Positions 1 through 6,841 of a DNA stretch of 11,553 bases are shown here, in pieces (positions within the stretch are counted from its first letter, which is position 1; the number at the start of each line of letters is the position of its first letter). The notes beneath the pieces are model-generated. The model was not told the origin of the DNA and did no database searches. It saw only the letters and a list, made by a program, of their open reading frames with translations. This DNA is from a virus (Duplodnaviria; Heunggongvirae; Uroviricota; Caudoviricetes): positions 1-11,553 of IMG/VR virus record IMGVR_UViG_2675903654_000008; one strand, 5' to 3'. The translations under genes were made by a program, and so were the position numbers.

Positions 1-109
1 TACTCCTCCGGCAGAAGCAGAAAAAGCTTATTATGCTTCCATCGGAAAAGATGATCTGGCAGCCTGAGTTCACAGATAAAACACTCTCCAGGAAACCCGG
101 GGCGGTTCA
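1..109 (+). mobile_element. IS3-family insertion sequence, right (3') end, IS629/IS1203-like; window starts inside the element
   Basis: Terminus ...GGAAACCCGGGGCGGTTCA ends at 109. Bases 2-67 encode an in-frame transposase OrfB C-terminus (TPPAEAEKAYYASIGKDDLAA, stop at 65-67). The reverse complement of 1-109 recurs at 11430-11538 with one mismatch. Matches my recollection of the IS629 3' end. Confidence 0.85.
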
Positions 110-161
110 ATCGGGTTGAAAGGGCGAACCGATGCCGCCCTGCAATAGCGAACTGTTGCAT
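110..161 (-). pseudogene. 5' fragment of a leftward gene (17 codons, MQQFAIAGRHRFALSTR) truncated by the IS end; N-terminus weakly cIII-like
   Basis: ATG at 161-159 (minus) preceded by SD AAGGAGC. The frame runs straight into the IS terminus at 109. Lambda CIII begins MQYAIAG, and the position (distal pL operon) fits. Confidence 0.35.
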
Positions 162-344
162 AGGATGCTCCTTCTGTTTGATTGCATAACGAAAACGCCT
201 CGAGTGAAGCGTTATTGGTATGCATATAAAAAGGCCCTCACACTGGAGGGCAAAGAAGATTTCCAATAATCAGAACAAGTCGGCTCCTGTTTAGTTACGA
301 GCGACATTGCTCACATAGCAGACTCGCAAATCTGATATAGGCGC

Positions 345-506
345 TTATTCGCATCGCATGACAACATCAAATTTTTCGAGATTACTTTGCCGCAACAATC
401 CCTCTTCTACGCGGTCAGCTTTTCTATAATTATCAAATTCGAAATGTTTAATTACTTCTTTCGTTTCTCGCTCTATAACTTCAACGATGTATTTCTTATT
501 CATCAT
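345..506 (-). CDS. hypothetical small protein (53 aa, MMNKKYIVEVIERETKEV...)
   Basis: ORF below the track size cutoff. Its ATG overlaps the stop of the upstream 96-aa ORF (ATGATGA arrangement), suggesting translational coupling. Confidence 0.35.
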   Translation of the reverse strand: MMNKKYIVEVIERETKEVIKHFEFDNYRKADRVEEGLLRQSNLEKFDVVMRCE

Positions 507-793
507 TCTTCCCCAAGAGCTTTGCTGATTGCTGACTGTGCTTTCGATACTTCATCAGGATAATGGTCATTCCAGTTTTGCTTGTATGCCTTGTTTAGCA
601 TCGCTTGCAGGGCATTTAAAAGGTCAGGTGCTGCCGCTATTAGATTGGCATCTTCAATGCATTGAACTTCCTCACAGATTGCAATATACGAACGCCAGCC
701 TGCGCCATTTTCAAGTGAGTCTGCCTGGATGATTTTAATCTCATCGCCATCCATCATTATTTCCCACTTACCTTCGGTACCTTTAAATTCCAT
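503..793 (-). CDS. hypothetical early-left phage protein (96 aa); AAAPDLLNAL segment reminiscent of Ead/Ea22-like phage proteins
   Basis: Track ORF, same orientation as the pL operon. The family resemblance is from memory only. Confidence 0.55.
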   Translation of the reverse strand: MEFKGTEGKWEIMMDGDEIKIIQADSLENGAGWRSYIAICEEVQCIEDANLIAAAPDLLNALQAMLNKAYKQNWNDHYPDEVSKAQSAISKALGEE

Positions 794-845
794 GTTAGCC
801 TCTGTTGTTTATGCCAAAAATAAAGGCCGACTATGCGGCCTGAAA

Positions 846-1295
846 TTACTTAACCAATGATGCTGCATATTCGATAAGGTAAAGTTTTGGGGCCAGCCAA
901 ATTTTTAACCAAGTCATATTGGTTACTACACCAATAATAAAAATCCCCCACAGAGTCAAAACTCCAACCAATGGCATGATAAGAAGGTTAATATCTCCTT
1001 TGCTATCCCAAACCATTGTCGGCCTGTATTTGGGATTTCCCCTCTCCCATGAGTATCCTTCATCACCGATTTTACCTGTCTCAACTCTTTGGCACTGCTT
1101 CTTCATAAACCAGAAAACCAGTGGGATTGTTAGAATGGCTATTAATGTTTTAATCAGACTGTCAACCATATTCCATAGCAGCAACTGATGAACAACATCA
1201 GGAATCTGTGCCTGGCTAAATGAAACAGCCGCGTCTATTCCATTACTGGCTTTTTGCAGTAGTTCTACGAGAATCTTGTTTGCTTGTTCTTCCAT
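846..1295 (-). CDS. hypothetical small membrane protein (149 aa, two hydrophobic helices)
   Basis: Track ORF. SD AAGGTG upstream of the ATG at 1295. Hydrophobic stretches LIKTLIAILTIPLVFWF and LLIMPLVGVLTLWGIFIIGVV. Confidence 0.6.
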   Translation of the reverse strand: MEEQANKILVELLQKASNGIDAAVSFSQAQIPDVVHQLLLWNMVDSLIKTLIAILTIPLVFWFMKKQCQRVETGKIGDEGYSWERGNPKYRPTMVWDSKGDINLLIMPLVGVLTLWGIFIIGVVTNMTWLKIWLAPKLYLIEYAASLVK

Positions 1296-1438
1296 ATATC
1301 ACCTTAAATAGTGGATTGCGGTAGTAAAGATTGTGCCTGTCTTTTAACCACATCAGGCTCGGTGGTTCTCGTGTACCCCTACAGCGAGAAATCGGATAAA
1401 CTCTATTCACCCCTACAGAGAGCAAAAGAGAAACGCCG

Positions 1439-2020
1439 ATGAACAACTCATGGTGGCAGGAACTAATGCATTTTTTCCTGCAAGGAATGACACTTAAACA
1501 GTTGATTCATATGCTAATCATCCTGATCATATTGATTATTGTTATGCCGGTAAGCGTAAAAGAATGGATAAACCTGCATAATCCAGAAATCCTTCCTCAT
1601 TATTGGATGTATTACATCCTGTTGTTCTGCGTTAGCTATGTGCTTAACGGTGTTGTTAATTCCGCTTATCACGCTGTGACTGAAAGAATTGAGGTATCCG
1701 CTGCTCAGAAGCGCAAATCTAAAGAAGAAAAATATGTGCAAGATTTGTTTGATTCGTTAACTCTTGGAGAAAGAGCGTATTTGGCATTCGCTGTAGCCGC
1801 GAATAACCAGCTAAAGACAGAAAAGGGAAGCCATGAAGCAATCTCATTGCTCGAAAAAGGGCTTCTTATTCGGATACCTTCTGCTACTGGATATCCTGAA
1901 ATCGACCGTTTTGTTATCCCTGAACGCTATAGAAATGAGTGCTACATTAGGTTTGCTGGGAAGAAAGACAGCCTTATGGATGAACTTATCGCTCAGGATA
2001 AGCATGGCAAAAACAAGTAA
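1439..2020 (+). CDS. sieB: superinfection exclusion protein B-like (SieB-like) membrane protein
   Basis: 193-aa ORF with an N-terminal transmembrane segment (LIHMLIILIILIIVMPV) and a second hydrophobic helix. Sits next to the N gene on the opposite strand, as sieB does in lambda/P22-type phages. Family assignment from memory. Confidence 0.55.
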   Translation: MNNSWWQELMHFFLQGMTLKQLIHMLIILIILIIVMPVSVKEWINLHNPEILPHYWMYYILLFCVSYVLNGVVNSAYHAVTERIEVSAAQKRKSKEEKYVQDLFDSLTLGERAYLAFAVAANNQLKTEKGSHEAISLLEKGLLIRIPSATGYPEIDRFVIPERYRNECYIRFAGKKDSLMDELIAQDKHGKNK

Positions 2021-2036
2021 TTAGCAAATGAATTTA

Positions 2037-2309
2037 TCATCTCGCCGTCAGTTGTTTTGATTTCCGGTAGCCTGCCGAGTAAATGGCTACGTTTGGCAGG
2101 CAAATACTTCCACTGCATTCTTCTGCCTTCTTGCAGCGAAGGCTTCCGAGTGATGCTGCTTTATCTGCTCTGACGCAACCAGAGAGCTTTAGCGCAATTT
2201 TTCGCGCCAGTCGCTGCTCTTGCATTGCCTGTTCACGTTGAGCCTGTCTGCGTGCTCTGCGGCGATTTCTGGCGTTATCGTCAGCCAGATATGTAATGAC
2301 TACTGTCAT
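2037..2309 (-). CDS. N: N-like transcription antitermination protein with an arginine-rich motif
   Basis: 90-aa ORF, first gene downstream of pL/nutL. Arginine-rich N-terminus (NARNRRRARRQAQREQA). SD GGAGGT before the ATG at 2309. Confidence 0.7.
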   Translation of the reverse strand: MTVVITYLADDNARNRRRARRQAQREQAMQEQRLARKIALKLSGCVRADKAASLGSLRCKKAEECSGSICLPNVAIYSAGYRKSKQLTAR

Positions 2310-2416
2310 GTTGACCTCCGATGATTGACTTTGGCGGTGACGCGCCGGGTGCTTATCTTCCGGTTGCCGTCGTGCAGCTGCACTTCACGTCACCCCAAAG
2401 CCAACTACTCTTTGGT

Positions 2417-2457
2417 TCCCGCATTTCGGCGGGACAATCCCATCAATGTTAAAGAGC
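2417..2457 (-). promoter_or_regulatory. nutL: boxA-like GCTCTTTAA plus boxB hairpin UCCCGC-CGAAAU-GCGGGA
   Basis: On the minus strand, boxA (2457-2449) is followed by a boxB stem-loop (2434-2417), between pL and N. The boxB sequence is identical to the one at nutR. Confidence 0.65.
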
Positions 2458-2503
2458 CTGCCAAGCTGTTCCGTTTGGCTACCAGCGTCCTGCTGATGGC
2501 TTA

Positions 2504-2584
2504 AATTTAAGATCTCTTTAATTAATGGTCAAGAGTATTTTTGAAGAAAACTTAAATTTTCTTTCGTAACTTAAGTTTAGCTTT
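2504..2584 (-). promoter_or_regulatory. pL promoter candidate with OL operators
   Basis: Minus-strand -35 TTGACC (2532-2527) and -10 TAAATT (2509-2504), 17-bp spacer. Overlapping TTAAG...CTTTAA-type operator-like sequences (e.g. ATTTAAGATCTCTTTAAT at 2505-2522). Confidence 0.45.
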
Positions 2585-2600
2585 GATTTTTAAAGGAAAT

Positions 2601-2622
2601 AAAAAAAGGGGCGAATGCCCCC
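2601..2622 (-). terminator. intrinsic terminator immediately downstream of the repressor gene
   Basis: Minus strand reads TAA-GGGGGCATTCGCCCC-TTTTTTT: a GC stem followed by a T-run directly after the cI stop. Confidence 0.6.
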
Positions 2623-3273
2623 TTATGGAAGGTTTGCTAGTTTTGCATCGACAACTACGCCGATGATTTTGCAGTTTCCGTTGATCTCGATCATCGGATA
2701 TTGTGGGTTAAGTGGTTTTAGAAACTTCCTGCCTGCATCAATAACTAACTTCTTGAAAGTTGCCTCGTTTTCTCCTTCGAGCTTTGCAACTACAAGTTTC
2801 CCGTTACGCGGCTCTACTTCAGGATCGACGAGTATTATCATTCCTTCAGGGATACTGAGACCGGCTGGAGCCGTCATTGAGTCTCCCTTCACGTCCAACC
2901 AAAACGAATCTTCTGAACAGTCTACGGTTGTATCGTACCAGTTATCTATTGCACGCTTATGATATGGTTCTACAGCTTCCATCCAGCATCCTGCGCTCAC
3001 CCAGCTAATCAGAGGGAATGACCCTCTTGGATCATGCCTACTGTGATAGGCAATGTTTGAAAGACTTTCCTCTCCTTTCATCAGATAGTCAGGGGAACAC
3101 TTCAACGCATTAGCCAGGGCGAGAAGATTCTCTCCATTTGGCTCTGTCTCAGAGCGTTCCCACTGAGATATGGCAACATTAGACACGCCGACCATCTTTC
3201 CAAGTGCGGCCTGCCTGATCTTGAGTTCTTTTCTCCGAGCGCGAATGCGCTCTCCCATCAATTGAGTTTTCAT
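2623..3273 (-). CDS. cI: cI/c2-type prophage repressor (N-terminal HTH, C-terminal LexA-like S24 autopeptidase); closely P22 c2-like
   Basis: 216 aa. HTH segment QAALGKMVGVSNVAISQWE. C-terminal GDSM serine and FKKL lysine motifs. C-terminal half similar to lambda CI and the whole protein to P22 C2 as I recall them. Confidence 0.9.
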   Translation of the reverse strand: MKTQLMGERIRARRKELKIRQAALGKMVGVSNVAISQWERSETEPNGENLLALANALKCSPDYLMKGEESLSNIAYHSRHDPRGSFPLISWVSAGCWMEAVEPYHKRAIDNWYDTTVDCSEDSFWLDVKGDSMTAPAGLSIPEGMIILVDPEVEPRNGKLVVAKLEGENEATFKKLVIDAGRKFLKPLNPQYPMIEINGNCKIIGVVVDAKLANLP

Positions 3274-3339
3274 AGTTAAGACATCTTAAATAAACTTGAC
3301 TTAAGATTCCTTTAGTGGATAATTTAAGTGTTCTTTAAT
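3274..3339. promoter_or_regulatory. OR operator cluster (three 18-bp sites) with pR
   Basis: AGTTAAGACATCTTAAAT (3274-3291), ACTTAAGATTCCTTTAGT (3299-3316), ATTTAAGTGTTCTTTAAT (3322-3339) fit the P22-type A.TTAAG....CTT.A.T pattern. pR -35 TTGACT (3296-3301) and -10 GATAAT (3318-3323). Confidence 0.7.
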
Positions 3340-3353
3340 TTCGGGGCGAGTCT

Positions 3354-3539
3354 ATGTACAAGAAAGATGTTATCGACCACTTCGGAACCCAGCGTGCTGT
3401 AGCTAAAGCGTTAGGCATTAGCGACGCAGCAGTCTCTCAGTGGAAGGAAGTCATCCCAGAGAAAGACGCCTATCGACTGGAAGTCGTTACAGCTGGCGCC
3501 CTGAAGTATCAAGAAAGCGCTTACCGCAAAGCGGCATAA
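3354..3539 (+). CDS. cro: Cro repressor (P22-type)
   Basis: 61-aa ORF divergent from cI across the operator region. HTH QRAVAKALGISDAAVSQW. Confidence 0.85.
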   Translation: MYKKDVIDHFGTQRAVAKALGISDAAVSQWKEVIPEKDAYRLEVVTAGALKYQESAYRKAA

Positions 3540-3545
3540 GCAAAT

Positions 3546-3590
3546 TGCTCTTTAACAGTCATGGTCCTCATTCCCGCCGAAATGCGGGAA
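3546..3590 (+). promoter_or_regulatory. nutR: boxA TGCTCTTTAA plus boxB hairpin UUCCCGC-CGAAAU-GCGGGAA
   Basis: boxA at 3546-3555, 15-nt spacer, boxB at 3571-3590, just downstream of the cro stop. Confidence 0.7.
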
Positions 3591-3596
3591 TACAAC

Positions 3597-3630
3597 GCGC
3601 ATAAGTTGATGCGCATAACTTCTTATTTGT
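3597..3630 (+). terminator. candidate tR1 region (GCGCAT-loop-ATGCGC hairpin followed by T-rich tract)
   Basis: Inverted repeat 3597-3602 / 3609-3614 between nutR and cII. Lambda tR1 is Rho-dependent, so the hairpin alone is weak evidence. Confidence 0.3.
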
Positions 3631-3647
3631 TAAGGAAATACTTACAT

Positions 3648-3941
3648 ATGGTTCGTGCAAACAAACGCAACGAGGCTCTAAGAATCGAGAGTGCGTTGCT
3701 TAACAAAATCGCAATGCTTGGAACTGAGAAGACAGCGGAAGCTGTGGGAGTTGATAAGTCGCAGATCAGCAGGTGGAAGAGGGACTGGATTCCAAAGTTC
3801 TCAATGCTGCTTGCTGTTCTTGAATGGGGCGTCGTTGACGACGACATGGCTCGATTGGCACGACAAGTTGCTTCGATTCTCACCAATAAAAAACGCCCGG
3901 CGGCAACCGAGCGTTCTGAACAAATCCAGATGGAATTCTGA
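3648..3941 (+). CDS. cII: CII transcriptional activator
   Basis: Translation from the ATG at 3648 (MVRANKRNEALRIESALLNKIAMLGTEKTAEAVGVDKSQISRWKRDW...EQIQMEF, 97 aa) is near-identical to lambda CII as I recall it. The track's upstream start at 3561 would read through nutR. Confidence 0.9.
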   Translation: MVRANKRNEALRIESALLNKIAMLGTEKTAEAVGVDKSQISRWKRDWIPKFSMLLAVLEWGVVDDDMARLARQVASILTNKKRPAATERSEQIQMEF

Positions 3942-3962
3942 GGGAATTACTGGATCAATCCA
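3886..3962 (-). ncRNA. oop: oop antisense RNA candidate, overlapping the 3' end of cII
   Basis: The cII/O junction closely matches lambda. On the minus strand there is a GC-rich hairpin then a T-run (complement of AATAAAAAACGCCCGGCGGC at 3886-3905). Ends are approximate, inferred by analogy to lambda. Confidence 0.45.
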
Positions 3963-3973
3963 CAGGAGTCATT

Positions 3974-4912
3974 ATGACAAATACAGCAAAAATACTCAAC
4001 TTCGGCAGAGGTAACTTTGCCGAACAGGAGCGTAATGTGGCAGATCTCGATGATGGTTACGCCAGACTATCAAATATGCTGATTGAGGCTTATTCAGGCG
4101 CAGATCTGACCAAGCGACAGTTTAAAGTGCTGCTTGCCATTCTGCGTAAAACCTATGGGTGGAATAAACCAATGGACAGAATCACCGATTCTCAACTTAG
4201 CGAGATTACAAAGTTACCTGTCAAACGGTGCAATGAAGCCAAGTTAGAACTCGTCAGAATGAATATTATCAAGCAGCAAGGCGGCATGTTTGGACCAAAT
4301 AAAAACATCCCAGAATGGTGCATCCCTCAAAACGAGGGAGGTTCCCCTAAAATGAGGGACATCCCTCAAAACGAGGGAAAATCCCCTAAAACGAGGGATA
4401 AAACATCCCTCAAATTAGGGGATTGCTATCCCTCAAAACAGGGGGACACAAAAGACACTATTACAAAAGAAAAAAGAAAAGATTATTCGTCAGAGAATTC
4501 TGGCGAATCCTCTGACCAGCCAGAAAACGATCTTTCTGTGGTTAAACCGGATGCTGCAATTCAGAGCGGCAGCAAGTGGGGAACAGCAGAAGACCTGACC
4601 GCCGCAGAGTGGATGTTTGACATGGTGAAGACCATCGCACCATCAGCCAGAAAACCGAATTTTGCAGGGTGGGCTAACGATATCCGCCTGATGCGTGAAC
4701 GTGACGGACGTAACCACCGCGACATGTGCGTGCTGTTCCGCTGGGCATGCCAGGACAACTTCTGGTCCGGTAACGTGCTAAGTCCGGCCAAACTCCGCGA
4801 CAAGTGGGCCCAACTCGAAATCAACCGTAACAAGCAACAGGCTGGCGTGACAGCTGGAAAACCAAAACTCGACCTGACAAACACTGACTGGATTTACGGG
4901 GTGGATTTATGA
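3974..4912 (+). CDS. O: replication initiator protein O (lambda-type)
   Basis: 312-aa ORF. N-terminus MTNTAKILNFGRGNFAEQERNVADLDDGYARLSNML matches lambda O. Contains the origin iterons in its linker region. Confidence 0.9.
   Translation: MTNTAKILNFGRGNFAEQERNVADLDDGYARLSNMLIEAYSGADLTKRQFKVLLAILRKTYGWNKPMDRITDSQLSEITKLPVKRCNEAKLELVRMNIIKQQGGMFGPNKNIPEWCIPQNEGGSPKMRDIPQNEGKSPKTRDKTSLKLGDCYPSKQGDTKDTITKEKRKDYSSENSGESSDQPENDLSVVKPDAAIQSGSKWGTAEDLTAAEWMFDMVKTIAPSARKPNFAGWANDIRLMRERDGRNHRDMCVLFRWACQDNFWSGNVLSPAKLRDKWAQLEINRNKQQAGVTAGKPKLDLTNTDWIYGVDL
4322..4446 (+). repeat. ori iterons: six ~18-bp O-binding repeats, followed by an AT-rich unwinding region (~4447-4490)
   Basis: ATCCCTCAAAACGAGGGA (4322-4339), TTCCCCTAAAATGAGGGA (4342-4359), ATCCCTCAAAACGAGGGA (4361-4378), ATCCCCTAAAACGAGGGA (4381-4398), ATCCCTCAAATTAGGGGA (4405-4422), ATCCCTCAAAACAGGGGGA (4428-4446). 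Confidence 0.85.
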
Positions 4913-5610
4913 AAAACATCGCCGCACAGATGGTTAACTTTGACCGTGAGCAGATGCGTCGGATCGCCAACAACATGCCGGAACAGTACGACGAAAAGCC
5001 GCAGGTACAACAGGTAGCGCAGATCATCAACGGTGTGTTCAGCCAGTTACTGGCAACTTTCCCGGCGAGTCTGGCTAACCGGGACCAGAACGAACTGAAT
5101 GAAATCCGCCGCCAGTGGGTTCTGGCTTTCCGGGAAAACGGGATCACCTCGATGGAACAGGTTAACGCAGGAATGCGCGTAGCCCGTCGGCAGAATCGAC
5201 CATTTCTTCCATCACCCGGGCAGTTTGTTGCATGGTGCCGGGAAGAAGCATCCGTTATCGCCGGACTGCCAAACGTCAGCGAGCTGGTTGATATGGTTTA
5301 CGAGTATTGCCGGAAGCGTGGCCTGTATCCGGATGCAGAGTCTTATCCGTGGAAATCAAACGCGCACTACTGGCTGGTTACCAACCTGTACCAGAACATG
5401 CGGGCCAATGCGCTGACTGACGCGGAATTACGGCGCAAGGCTGCCGATGAACTGACCTGTATGACAGCACGAATTAACCGTGGTGAGACGATACCTGAAC
5501 CAGTAAAACAACTTCCTGTCATGGGCGGCAGACCTCTAAATCGAGCACAGGCTCTGGCGAAGATCGCAGAAATTAAAGCTAAGTTCGGACTGAAAGGAGC
5601 AAGTGTATGA
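4909..5610 (+). CDS. P: replication protein P (DnaB helicase loader), lambda-type
   Basis: 233-aa ORF overlapping the O stop. Sequence matches lambda P as I recall it. Confidence 0.9.
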   Translation: MKNIAAQMVNFDREQMRRIANNMPEQYDEKPQVQQVAQIINGVFSQLLATFPASLANRDQNELNEIRRQWVLAFRENGITSMEQVNAGMRVARRQNRPFLPSPGQFVAWCREEASVIAGLPNVSELVDMVYEYCRKRGLYPDAESYPWKSNAHYWLVTNLYQNMRANALTDAELRRKAADELTCMTARINRGETIPEPVKQLPVMGGRPLNRAQALAKIAEIKAKFGLKGASV

Positions 5611-5897
5611 CGGGCAAAGAGGCAATTATTCATTACCTCGGGACGCATAAGAACTTCTGTGCACAGGACGTTTCCGCGGTAACAGGCGCAACCGTAACCA
5701 GCATAAATCAGGCTGCGGCTAAAATGGCGCGGGCAGGAATCCTGGTCATTGATGGTAAGGTCTGGCGAACGGTGTATTACCGGTTTGCTACCAGGGAAGA
5801 ACGGGAAGGAAAGGTGAGCACGAACCTGATTTTTAAGGAGTGTCGCCAGAGTGTAGCGATGAAACGGGTATTGGCGGTATATGGAGTTAAAAGATGA
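5607..5897 (+). CDS. ren: Ren protein
   Basis: 96-aa ORF overlapping the P stop (ATGA), lambda ren-like sequence and position. Confidence 0.85.
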   Translation: MTGKEAIIHYLGTHKNFCAQDVSAVTGATVTSINQAAAKMARAGILVIDGKVWRTVYYRFATREEREGKVSTNLIFKECRQSVAMKRVLAVYGVKR

Positions 5898-5922
5898 CCA
5901 TCTACATCACTGAGCTAATAAC

Positions 5923-5954
5923 AGGCCTGCTGGTAATCGCAGGCCTTTTTATTT
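5923..5954 (+). terminator. tR2-like intrinsic terminator
   Basis: AGGCCTGC-TGGTAATC-GCAGGCCT stem-loop followed by TTTTTATTT, right after ren; same context as lambda tR2. Confidence 0.7.
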
Positions 5955-5967
5955 GGGGGAGAGGGAA

Positions 5968-6246
5968 GTGAACGATAGCTACCGACAGTTTGAAAACTGG
6001 TGGTCAAAAGACAAAAGCCAGTTCACGGGAGACGATGAATTAAAAGAGTTTGCCTGGGTGATATGGCAGGCATCGCGCTCTGCTATTGAACTGGATATCG
6101 ACTGGCCCGAATCGAATGACGACCTTTGGAAAGATGGTGAAGAAGGTGCTTATGCGATGGGTTATGAGGATGGGCGTGACAAAACGGTAATTGCAGTAAT
6201 GAAAGCCATCAGGGCCGCAGGAATCAAAGAAAAGAATTTCGATTAA
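5968..6246 (+). CDS. hypothetical nin-region protein (92 aa from GTG 5968; 97 aa if TTG 5953 is used)
   Basis: Track ORF. SD GGAGAGGGAA immediately upstream of the GTG. Acidic, Trp-rich protein with no family I can recognise. Confidence 0.55.
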   Translation: MNDSYRQFENWWSKDKSQFTGDDELKEFAWVIWQASRSAIELDIDWPESNDDLWKDGEEGAYAMGYEDGRDKTVIAVMKAIRAAGIKEKNFD

Positions 6247-6378
6247 GCAAATATCACTTCAATAAATCGCTTTTAAGGCATCACAATCGCTCTGTGGTGA
6301 GGTAAGCACGTGCAAGGCATGCCGATAAGCAGCGAGAATGAAAAATGCGTCAGAATGCGTTTGAGGAGGTTTTAAGAA

Positions 6379-6594
6379 ATGAGTACGATAGCTGAGCTTG
6401 TCAGGGCTAATTTTCGTGAAGAGTTGGTGCGTTGGTATCGGTATCGTTCATCGTCCAGTTTGCCGCTTGATGAGTTGTATGAGCATTCACCTGCCGCACG
6501 ACGCTATCCGCGTGACCGTGTTCTTCGACGGTTGTTCAAACTCAACAATGAGTTTCAGCGCAACAGAATTATCCGGAGTCTGGATTTTAAGTGA
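6379..6594 (+). CDS. hypothetical protein (71 aa, basic, Arg-rich)
   Basis: Track ORF with a strong SD (GAGGAGG) 8 nt upstream of the ATG. Confidence 0.5.
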   Translation: MSTIAELVRANFREELVRWYRYRSSSSLPLDELYEHSPAARRYPRDRVLRRLFKLNNEFQRNRIIRSLDFK

Positions 6595-6604
6595 AGGAGT
6601 GAGC

Positions 6605-6841
6605 ATGAGCGACCTATCATTAACCCAGCCAAAGCTAAAAGAATGTCCGTTTTGCGGCGGTAATGCTCGTCTGTGGGTTGAGGCCGGAATAAATATTGAT
6701 GTGTGGGGCTATGCAGAATGTGACCTCTGTGAAGCCAGGGGGGCATGGGCACCATCAGTTGCTGCGGCGGCTGAAAAATGGAACCGGAGAGCAGGAGATG
6801 AAGCAAACCTTTCTGCTTCGCAACGAAGCAATCAGAAATAA
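6605..6841 (+). CDS. Lar-family restriction-alleviation-like small zinc-binding protein
   Basis: Internal ATG at 6605 with SD AGGAGTG. Product MSDLSLTQPKLKECPFCGG...ECDLCEARGAWAPSVAAAAEKWNRR has the CPFCG / CxxC / (A/K)WNRR pattern I associate with Lar-like proteins. The 3' end overlaps the ninB start. Confidence 0.55.
   Translation: MSDLSLTQPKLKECPFCGGNARLWVEAGINIDVWGYAECDLCEARGAWAPSVAAAAEKWNRRAGDEANLSASQRSNQK

Noticed and set aside
529-2024. ORFs 529-732 (plus), 919-1188 (plus), 1243-1446 (minus), 1514-1741 (minus), 1833-2024 (plus)
   Set aside because: Each overlaps, antisense or out of frame, a longer ORF with a better start context (the 96-aa, 149-aa or sieB-like genes).
2615-2962. 115-aa plus-strand ORF
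   Set aside because: Entirely antisense to the well-supported repressor gene.
3561-3647. Upstream extension of the cII ORF in the track (start at 3561, 126 aa)
   Set aside because: The extension reads through the nutR boxB hairpin and the tR1 region. The lambda-identical CII begins at the ATG at 3648, which has its own SD.
3623-4014. ORFs 3623-3886 (minus) and 3691-4014 (plus)
   Set aside because: Alternative frames or antisense within cII and the cII-O junction; no independent support.
4322-4446. Possible CRISPR array suggested by regularly spaced ~18-bp repeats
   Set aside because: The repeats are the origin iterons inside the O gene; they lack unique spacers of CRISPR length and lie in coding sequence.
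4561-5648. ORFs 4561-4884 (minus), 4821-5147 (minus), 5225-5416 (plus), 5367-5648 (minus)
   Set aside because: All are embedded in or antisense to the lambda-type O and P genes.
6398-6604. Long N-terminal extension of the Lar-like ORF (track ORF 6398-6841, 147 aa)
   Set aside because: It overlaps the 71-aa gene in another frame and has no ribosome-binding site. The internal ATG at 6605 has a good SD and gives a compact Lar-like protein.
6696-6797. Upstream extension of ninB (track start 6696)
   Set aside because: Homology to lambda NinB begins at the ATG at 6798, which has a GGAG SD; the extension lies inside the Lar-like gene.
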